Below, piece by piece: positions 57,115 to 64,000 of a stretch of 64,000 nucleotides of DNA (positions are counted from its first letter, which is position 1; the number at the start of each line of letters is the position of its first letter). A program made the translations under genes and the position numbers. The notes under the pieces are model-generated. The model was not told the DNA's origin and did not search any database. It worked only from the letters and a program-made list of their open reading frames with translations. Origin of the DNA: an uncultured Eubacteriales bacterium (lineage in GTDB: Bacteria > Bacillota > Clostridia > Oscillospirales > Acutalibacteraceae); NCBI GenBank assembly GCA_934729465.1, contig CAKVEP010000007.1, forward strand, positions 9,380 through 73,379, read 5' to 3'.

Positions 57115-58851
57115 ATGTCAGTAAAAATTCCTAAGGTAACGGTCCCACCAAAAGGCGTTGAAAAATTGTCAACAAGAAAGGGTGCTTTAGAGTTAGTTGG
57201 CTATTTAGAAGGACAGCTATCAATTTGGGGTAGAATGAGAAAAACTTTTAAAAAACAGTCCTATAGCTACGATAAAATAGTGGCTGATGCTATAGACGGC
57301 ATAAAAAAATTAGATAGAGATGTAAATTATTTTGGATTTCCAAAACTCCCTATAGATACTGAATTTATGAGGAAATTATATCAAGATTTGCTTGATTATT
57401 CTCAACATGGGACTAATACCGAAAGAAGGGCACTAATAAAAACGCATTTTATAGATAACAAGCTTTTACAACAAACTATTGAAAAACTTCAAGAAAACGA
57501 CATAATTACTAAAGCGCAAGAAGAAAATTTTAAACAAGCAAAAGAAAATCTTGAAGAAATTCAAAATCAATTTTATGAAATTAATAAAAAAATTGGTGAC
57601 AAAAATTCAGAATACGAAAAAGTAAAAAAGGAATTGAATTCAAAACAAAAGGAATATAAAGATATAGTTGAGAAAATCAAAAAGGTAGCAAAAGAAACTA
57701 AAAATGTGGAGCTGGAGGCTCAAGCTAAAGAAGCGGAACTAAAAATAAAAAAGCAGGAAGAAGAACTAAAAAAAACAGAAGCGGAACGTAAAAACAAGGA
57801 AGCGGAACAAAAGAGGGCAGAAGCCGAACAAAAGAGGGCAGAAGCCGAGCGTGAAAAGCAGGAAATAAAGCTTCAAAGGCAAAAAGAGAAGCTTGAAAAA
57901 GAAAAACAGGCGGTAAAAGATATGGCTGGGATAAACTCTGAGTATGCGGCAAAGGGATTGGTAGAAGAATTGAATAATTGCAAAGAAAAAATTGCTATAA
58001 AAAAACTTGAGGATTGCATTAAAGCAACTCAAGATGAATATAAAGATGAAAGGATTTTTAGCAAACTGGGAAAGTTGCAAATTTGTTTATATGTAACAAA
58101 CAAGCAAGCTGAATTTTTAAAAAACCAAAAGAAAAATTTAAAGAAATTAAGAATTGGAATTGTTAATAATAAGTATTTAGATGAAATGAAAACACAACAA
58201 ACTCACCTAAGTTACATTGACAACACTGTAAAGAGTATTGACAATGCCTTAAGTAAATGGGAATCATTAAAAGAGAAAATAGATACGGAAACTACAAGAT
58301 TAGAAAATTTAAAAACCAAAAGAGAAAAGTGGCTAGAAGTTAATAAAGGTTGTATGGTGAAGGAGTACAAAGGATGGAATAGGCTTATTAGCGGGATTTT
58401 GATGAGCCCCCCAAGAAAATTTACGGTTGGCGCTTTGTTAAAAAATGTGGAGAGCGCTACAAATACTTTATATTATCAAGATTTAATAAAAAATTTCAAG
58501 AAAATTACAGGTATTAATTATGATGAAGAATTAAAAAAACATCTTAATACAATGAAAAATATTACACGTACTTTAGATTATAGAGAATTAATAAAACAGC
58601 TTCAAACTAACGGAATGATTAAAGCAGGAGAACTTAATAAAACAGGAGTGCATTATCAACTATTTACAAGCGATACATGTGAAAAGACGGTTTTAAGCTG
58701 GGAGGGAGTTGCGCATAAATTTAAAAGTGACACACCTTTTTTTAGTTTAGATTTGATGATTAGCTACATTTATGAATCATATATGAAAGGCGAATGGTTA
58801 GTCAAAGTGGACGAAAGCGGTGATGGTGCTTACGTGTCGGATAAGAGCTGA
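57115..58851 (+). CDS. Hypothetical coiled-coil protein (578 aa) with a Lys/Glu-rich central region and AEQKR tandem repeats
   Basis: Long ORF after a 300-nt AT-rich intergenic region. No domain assignment. Confidence 0.35.
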   Translation: MSVKIPKVTVPPKGVEKLSTRKGALELVGYLEGQLSIWGRMRKTFKKQSYSYDKIVADAIDGIKKLDRDVNYFGFPKLPIDTEFMRKLYQDLLDYSQHGTNTERRALIKTHFIDNKLLQQTIEKLQENDIITKAQEENFKQAKENLEEIQNQFYEINKKIGDKNSEYEKVKKELNSKQKEYKDIVEKIKKVAKETKNVELEAQAKEAELKIKKQEEELKKTEAERKNKEAEQKRAEAEQKRAEAEREKQEIKLQRQKEKLEKEKQAVKDMAGINSEYAAKGLVEELNNCKEKIAIKKLEDCIKATQDEYKDERIFSKLGKLQICLYVTNKQAEFLKNQKKNLKKLRIGIVNNKYLDEMKTQQTHLSYIDNTVKSIDNALSKWESLKEKIDTETTRLENLKTKREKWLEVNKGCMVKEYKGWNRLISGILMSPPRKFTVGALLKNVESATNTLYYQDLIKNFKKITGINYDEELKKHLNTMKNITRTLDYRELIKQLQTNGMIKAGELNKTGVHYQLFTSDTCEKTVLSWEGVAHKFKSDTPFFSLDLMISYIYESYMKGEWLVKVDESGDGAYVSDKS

Positions 58852-58870
58852 AATTTTACGATAAATTTAT

Positions 58871-60085
58871 ATGGAGAGGGTGAAAAAAGTGTTTTTGGGA
58901 AGGTCTATGATTTTAGGCGTAACCGGAAGTCCGCTTACGTATAGAGCTATAAATATAGCAAGATATTTAGTTTCGCAAAAAGCAGATGTACATGTCCTGA
59001 TGACCGAGGAGGCAACAAAATATATTAATCCGATTATGTTTGAATCTATCACTCATAATAAGTGTTTTGTTAACGTTTCAGATGAAGACTATAGTCTTGA
59101 AAATGATGGTAATATACTGTCGAAGAGTGCAGACTTGATTATTATAGCTCCAACGTCGGCGAATGCTATATCAAAGCTTTCGAGGGGAATGGCAGATGAT
59201 ATGCTCACAAAAACGGTGTTAGCAAGTAATTGTGTTAAACTGGTGGCACCGGCATTGAGCTTGAATGTTCAAAAAAATCCTATTGTTCAAGATAATATAG
59301 ATATTTTAAGAGCATATGGCTTTGACGTTATAAACCCAAAACTTTTAGATATAAACGGCAACAATTCAGATTATTATAAAATGGCGTCTGATGAGGAAAT
59401 ATTCGACCATATAGAAAGATGTATAGCATATAAAAAAGACCTTATCGGTAAGAAGGTACTTGTCACAGCCGGACCAACGTGTGAAACTATTGACCCTTTA
59501 AAATGTATAACAACGATGTCCACAGGAAAAACAGGTTATGAAATAGCAAAGGCTTGTATGCTAAGGGGCGCCGACGTTACGCTTATAACCGGTAAAACAG
59601 GGCTACACAAACCGGGCTTTGTTAAGATAATAGATGTGGTGAGCGCAAAAGATATGTTTATGGCAGTAAACAATAATTTTGCAAATCAGGACATTATCAT
59701 AAAGACAGCCGGTGTGGTTGATTATGCGCCGAGCAGGACTAATTTACAAAAAATATCGTCTGATGAAGACGTTATAAATTTAAAATTAAGAAAAAACCCA
59801 GACATACTTGAATATATAGGAGAAAGAAAAAAGAAAAATCAATTCATATGTGGAATGTCGCACGAAACCCAAAATATACTCGAAAAGGCAAGGGAAAAAT
59901 TAAAAAGAAAAAATTTAGACATGATTATAACAAGTAACTTAAAGTCGGCGGGGGCGGAGTTTACTAACGACATGAATGTTGCAACAATTATCACTAAGGA
60001 TGTAGAGGTAAAATTAAATAAGATGTCGAAAAGAGAAATAGCCCACAAGGTAATAGACCAGATTTTATTAGAAATAAGCTTGTAA
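58871..60085 (+). CDS. coaBC: Bifunctional phosphopantothenoylcysteine decarboxylase / phosphopantothenate-cysteine ligase (alternative start GTG ~58889)
   Basis: N-terminal flavoprotein domain (ILGVTGS...) and C-terminal CoaB domain (...VLVTAGPT.E.IDP...). Confidence 0.8.
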   Translation: MERVKKVFLGRSMILGVTGSPLTYRAINIARYLVSQKADVHVLMTEEATKYINPIMFESITHNKCFVNVSDEDYSLENDGNILSKSADLIIIAPTSANAISKLSRGMADDMLTKTVLASNCVKLVAPALSLNVQKNPIVQDNIDILRAYGFDVINPKLLDINGNNSDYYKMASDEEIFDHIERCIAYKKDLIGKKVLVTAGPTCETIDPLKCITTMSTGKTGYEIAKACMLRGADVTLITGKTGLHKPGFVKIIDVVSAKDMFMAVNNNFANQDIIIKTAGVVDYAPSRTNLQKISSDEDVINLKLRKNPDILEYIGERKKKNQFICGMSHETQNILEKAREKLKRKNLDMIITSNLKSAGAEFTNDMNVATIITKDVEVKLNKMSKREIAHKVIDQILLEISL

Positions 60086-60153
60086 AAATTAACGAAAAGT
60101 AATATATTTATAAGTATATGAATTAATTATAGCGTATTCGGAGGTTTTCGATA

Positions 60154-61149
60154 ATGGATAAAATTTCCAATTTGAAGAATATAATGATTATTGGTACGGG
60201 CGGTACCATTGCAGGAGTTGGCGAAACAGGAAAGACAGCTTCTTACGACACGGGTCAAATAAATATAGAAAACTTAACTGCCGGAATATCACATATACAC
60301 GAACTTGCTAATTTGTCTATGAGGGATGTGTTGAGCGTAGATAGTTGCGATATAACACGTAAAGACTGGGTGAATTTAGCAAATAGTATCAATGAAATGG
60401 CGAAGAGCGACGAGATAGATGGTTTTGTGATAACCCACGGAACAGACACTCTTGAAGAAACTGCATACTTTTTAAATTTAACTGTTAAAACAAATAAACC
60501 GGTTGTTATAACAGGCTCAATGAGACCAGCAACAGCAACCAGTCCGGACGGACCGTTTAATTTATATCAAGCTGTTGCTTTGGCAAAAAGCGATGAGGCT
60601 GTGGGAAAAGGTGTGCTTGTTGTGTTCTCAGACGGTATATATGGGGCTAGAGATATACAAAAGGTTAACACATATAAAACAGATGCATTTAACCAAAGAG
60701 ATTTAGGAAGCTTAGGCTTTATGAGAGACGACAAGGTTTATTTTTACAATGCTTCTCTAAAAAAGCACACGGTTGATTCTGAATTTGATGTGTCTAATAT
60801 AGAAGAGTTGCCGAATGTTGGAGTAGTGTATTTTTATGCGGACGCCGATGTAAGAATGTTAGAATATGCTATGGAAGTATCTGATGGGCTTGTAATTGCA
60901 GGAGCGGGCTGTGGAGGAAGCAGTATAATCTGGAATGACAAAATCAGAAAAGCCGTGGAAAGCGGATATCCTGTGGTAAGGAGTTCAAGAATTTTAAATG
61001 GACTTGTCACGGGTGAAGACTTAACGGTTGAGGACAAAGGAGTGTGTGCTAATACTTTGTCGCCGCAAAAGGCAAGAATATTACTTTCTCTTGCTTTAAC
61101 CAAAACTAAGGACATTAAAGAAATAAAAAATATATTTGAGATATATTAA
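60154..61149 (+). CDS. L-asparaginase (type II family)
   Basis: The IIGTGGTIAG threonine-active-site motif and ...VITHGTDTLEETA... are present. Confidence 0.8.
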   Translation: MDKISNLKNIMIIGTGGTIAGVGETGKTASYDTGQINIENLTAGISHIHELANLSMRDVLSVDSCDITRKDWVNLANSINEMAKSDEIDGFVITHGTDTLEETAYFLNLTVKTNKPVVITGSMRPATATSPDGPFNLYQAVALAKSDEAVGKGVLVVFSDGIYGARDIQKVNTYKTDAFNQRDLGSLGFMRDDKVYFYNASLKKHTVDSEFDVSNIEELPNVGVVYFYADADVRMLEYAMEVSDGLVIAGAGCGGSSIIWNDKIRKAVESGYPVVRSSRILNGLVTGEDLTVEDKGVCANTLSPQKARILLSLALTKTKDIKEIKNIFEIY

Positions 61150-61284
61150 TGCTTAAATTAAGATTTATAAACGTAATCTTTGCGCCGTACAGATTGTATG
61201 TAGGGGTGCAAAGATTTTTTATTTAAAATTATGTATAGAGAGACTTGCCCGAGACAAAATATAATATAAAAGGATGTGATAAAC

Positions 61285-61728
61285 ATGAAGATTACACCGG
61301 ATGAATACTCCAAAATGACAGACCAAGCATCACCCGGAAGCAAGATATGGAAGGATATGTTTCTAGCGTTTATATCGGGAGGAATAATATGTACAATAGG
61401 TCAGGCGCTAGGTAATTTATACATGAACTTAGGAATGACTCAAAAAGATTCAAGAGCAGTGGTTTCGATAACGCTAGTGGCGTTGGGCGCACTTTTAACA
61501 GCATTTAAAGTTTATGACAATATAGCAAAGCATTGTGGAGCAGGTACGCTTGTTCCGATAACGGGCTTTGCAAATTCAATAGTTGCCCCTGCGATAGAGT
61601 TTAAAAGCGAGGGTCACATTATGGGGATAGGAGCTAAAATGTTTGTGATAGCAGGACCAGTTTTGGTGTTTGGAATAACGTCGTCGGTTGTTTACGGAAT
61701 TATAGCTTGGATTTTTCACTTATATTAG
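61285..61728 (+). CDS. spoVAC: Stage V sporulation protein AC
   Basis: 148 aa membrane protein. ...GAGTLVPITGFANS... is the SpoVAC/SpoVAEb family signature. AAAGGA RBS before the ATG at 61285. Confidence 0.65.
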   Translation: MKITPDEYSKMTDQASPGSKIWKDMFLAFISGGIICTIGQALGNLYMNLGMTQKDSRAVVSITLVALGALLTAFKVYDNIAKHCGAGTLVPITGFANSIVAPAIEFKSEGHIMGIGAKMFVIAGPVLVFGITSSVVYGIIAWIFHLY

Positions 61729-61748
61729 TATAAAATTTAAACATTTAA

Positions 61749-61790
61749 AAGCCTGTGAATTTTAATTTTCATAGGCTTTTAATTTGCTTG
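61749..61790 (+). terminator. Rho-independent terminator after spoVAC
   Basis: Stem aaagcctgtgaa / ttcataggcttt (one G-U pair), then T-run. Confidence 0.5.
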
Positions 61791-61871
61791 TGCGTAATCT
61801 TAATCTTTTATTTACCGTTAAAAAGTGATATAATATAAAATGAATATTGAATATTGATAGGGGTGCTATAA

Positions 61872-63848
61872 ATGGGTAACACGAAAAAATTTTATATAAC
61901 AACACCAATATATTATCCATCAGGAAATGCTCACTTAGGGCATAGTTACAGTACTGTTGCGGCAGACGTTGCGGCTAGATACAAAAGAATGCAGGGATTT
62001 GACGTTATGTTCTTAACCGGGACGGATGAACATGGTCAAAAAATAGAGCTTAACGCTAAGAAAGCGGGCGTTTCGCCGAAGGAGTATGTTGACAAAATAG
62101 CGGCTCATTTTAAAGATTTGTGGAAAATATTAGGTGTATCGAATGATAAATTTATTCGTACTACAGACGAATATCATAAAAAAGCTGTGCAAAAAATATT
62201 TAAACAGCTTTATGACAAAGGCGAAATATACAAAGGTAGCTATAAAGGCTGGTACTGCACTCCGTGTGAATCATTCTTTACCGAGACTCAGCTAAAAGAT
62301 GGAAAGTGTCCAGACTGCGGAAGAGAAGTAAAATGGGAAGAGGAAGAGGCTTATTTCTTTAAACTTTCTAAATATGCCGATAAACTTTTAAAGCTTTATA
62401 AAGATAACCCTGATTTTATTCAACCGGAGAGTCGCAGAAATGAGATGATTCAATTTATTGAAAGTGGATTAAATGATTTATGTGTGAGCCGAACGAGCTT
62501 TACATGGGGAATACCTGTGGAATTTGACAAAAAACACATTGTTTACGTTTGGCTAGACGCTCTTACTAACTACATTACTGCCCAAGGGTTTGCGTCTGAT
62601 GATGATTCCGATTACAAAAAATATTGGCCGGCGGATGTACATTTCGTAGGTAAGGAGATAGTAAGGTTTCACGCTGTGATATGGCCTGCAATCTTAATGG
62701 CGTTAGACTTGCCGCTTCCTAAAAAAATATATGGTCATGGATGGCTTCTTTTTGGTAATGGTGAAAAAATGTCAAAATCTAAGGGCAATGTTGTTGACCC
62801 TGAAATATTATGCTCGAGGTATGGAGTGGATGCTATAAGATACTTCCTTTTAAGGGAGATACCTTTCGGCTCAGACGGAATGTTTACAAATGAAGCACTT
62901 GTAAATAGAATAAACTATGATTTAGCAAACGATTTAGGAAATCTTGTTTCGAGAACCACAGCCATGGTAAATAAATACTTTGGCGGGAGGATACCGTCTG
63001 AGAAAAAGGCTGGTAATATAGACAACGAGTTAATAATAATGGCTAAAAATTTGCGTAGTGAATACGCTAAGAGAATGGACGAATTTAGATTTTCCTCAGC
63101 ATTAGCGCAAGTGTGGCTTTTAATATCGAGGTGCAATAAATATATAGATGAAACAATGCCATGGGAGCTTGGCAAGCACGAGGAGAGTAAAGACAGACTA
63201 GCAGCAGTTCTTTATAATTTGTGTGAGTGCTTGAGGATAGTGTCTATACTTATAAGTCCGTTTATGCCGGAAACATCGAAAAAAATTCAGGAGAAAATCG
63301 GAGCCGGCGAAGATGTTTGTACATGGGACAGTGCAAACGAATGGGGAATTTTGCCTGATGATGCGGAAATAAAAAAAGGAGAGGCTCTTTTCCCACGTAT
63401 AGATGTTGAAAAAGAAATGAGCGAACTTCAAAAATTGTTCCCAAATAAAAGTGATAATAGTAGCGAAGAAGATAAAGAAAAATCAGCGGGAAAAAAGGAA
63501 AACGAGAAACCACAAAATTGTGTTAGTTTAATAGACATACAAGATTTTGCCAAGGTAGAGCTAAAGGCTGCAAAGATAGAAGAATGTGAGCCTGTAAAAA
63601 AATCTAAGAAGCTTTTGAAGCTTACTTTAAATGACGGGGAAAGTCAAAGAACAGTTGCATCGGGTATAGCAAATTATTATAAGCCCGAAGAGCTTGTTGG
63701 GAAAAGTGTTATACTTGTGTGTAATTTAAAGCCAGCTAAATTGTGTGGAGTTGAGAGTAACGGTATGATTTTAGCGGCAGAGACTAAAGCTGGCGATGTT
63801 AGAGTGATATTTTTAGACGACATACCGGCTGGTAGTAAAATAAGATAG
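61872..63848 (+). CDS. metG: Methionyl-tRNA synthetase with C-terminal tRNA-binding (EMAP/Trbp111-like) domain
   Basis: HIGH-type motif (PSGNAHLGH), KMSKS motif, and four-Cys zinc knuckle. 658 aa. Confidence 0.9.
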   Translation: MGNTKKFYITTPIYYPSGNAHLGHSYSTVAADVAARYKRMQGFDVMFLTGTDEHGQKIELNAKKAGVSPKEYVDKIAAHFKDLWKILGVSNDKFIRTTDEYHKKAVQKIFKQLYDKGEIYKGSYKGWYCTPCESFFTETQLKDGKCPDCGREVKWEEEEAYFFKLSKYADKLLKLYKDNPDFIQPESRRNEMIQFIESGLNDLCVSRTSFTWGIPVEFDKKHIVYVWLDALTNYITAQGFASDDDSDYKKYWPADVHFVGKEIVRFHAVIWPAILMALDLPLPKKIYGHGWLLFGNGEKMSKSKGNVVDPEILCSRYGVDAIRYFLLREIPFGSDGMFTNEALVNRINYDLANDLGNLVSRTTAMVNKYFGGRIPSEKKAGNIDNELIIMAKNLRSEYAKRMDEFRFSSALAQVWLLISRCNKYIDETMPWELGKHEESKDRLAAVLYNLCECLRIVSILISPFMPETSKKIQEKIGAGEDVCTWDSANEWGILPDDAEIKKGEALFPRIDVEKEMSELQKLFPNKSDNSSEEDKEKSAGKKENEKPQNCVSLIDIQDFAKVELKAAKIEECEPVKKSKKLLKLTLNDGESQRTVASGIANYYKPEELVGKSVILVCNLKPAKLCGVESNGMILAAETKAGDVRVIFLDDIPAGSKIR

Positions 63849-63916
63849 ATTTAAATTATTAAAATGCTGGCTTTGTGTAAAGTCAGCAAATAATTTTATG
63901 TAAAGATTAGGAAAGA

Positions 63917-64000
63917 AGGTAAAAATGTGGAACAGATATTCGACTCTCATGCGCACTACGATGATGACGCCTTTTTAGAAGATAAAGATTTGCTATTAAA
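63917..64000 (+). CDS. TatD-family hydrolase, 5' part (runs off the window)
   Basis: N-terminal ...IFDSHAHYDD... metal-binding motif. GTG start after a GAAGG RBS. Confidence 0.55.

Overview
Low-GC Firmicute (Clostridium-like) DNA containing three blocks. (A) 1..~17720: the right part of an HK97-like siphovirus prophage on the + strand. It carries two ParB-like nucleases, TerS/TerL, portal, prohead protease, major capsid, connector proteins, major tail protein, a G/GT chaperone pair with a canonical -1 slippery site, and a tape measure protein. Moron cassettes are inserted among these: a divergent RHH regulator plus a SLOG/DUF2493 protein, a DinJ-YafQ pair, and a YefM-YoeB pair with its own promoter. 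The prophage right end looks degraded. The tape measure runs without a start codon into a receptor-binding-like frame across an A7 tract. No Dit/Tal or lysis cassette is present. The right arm holds an AT-rich accessory stretch with an RHH regulator, an amber-interrupted ORF, the C-terminal fragment of a large serine recombinase, and a 5'-truncated tRNA-Asn copy that looks like an attachment-site scar. (B) 18127..27000 and 46795..64000: housekeeping genes (agcS, yajC, tgt, queA, asd-dapA-dapB, an orphan EndoA/MazF toxin, dacF, pgi, yceD-rpmF, der, plsY, typA, an LCP protein, coaBC, asparaginase, spoVAC, metG, tatD). (C) 28257..46377: an ~18 kb stand-alone contractile tail gene cluster embedded in housekeeping DNA. 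It encodes a sheath, a tube, a chaperone with a -1 frameshift extension, a second tube-like protein with a disordered repeat tail, a low-complexity tape-measure-like protein, a gpD-like hub, a gpV-like spike, a gp25/W-like protein, two giant Baseplate_J paralogs, a gpI-like protein and a Big_2 fibre. The window holds no capsid, terminase, lysis, tail-terminator or AAA+ ATPase genes. Between gpI and the fibre sits a small protein with a Nif11-like leader and a double-glycine motif. I rank this cluster as the most interesting candidate, most likely a tailocin-like or defective myophage tail particle. All coordinates derived by hand may be off by 1-2 nt.
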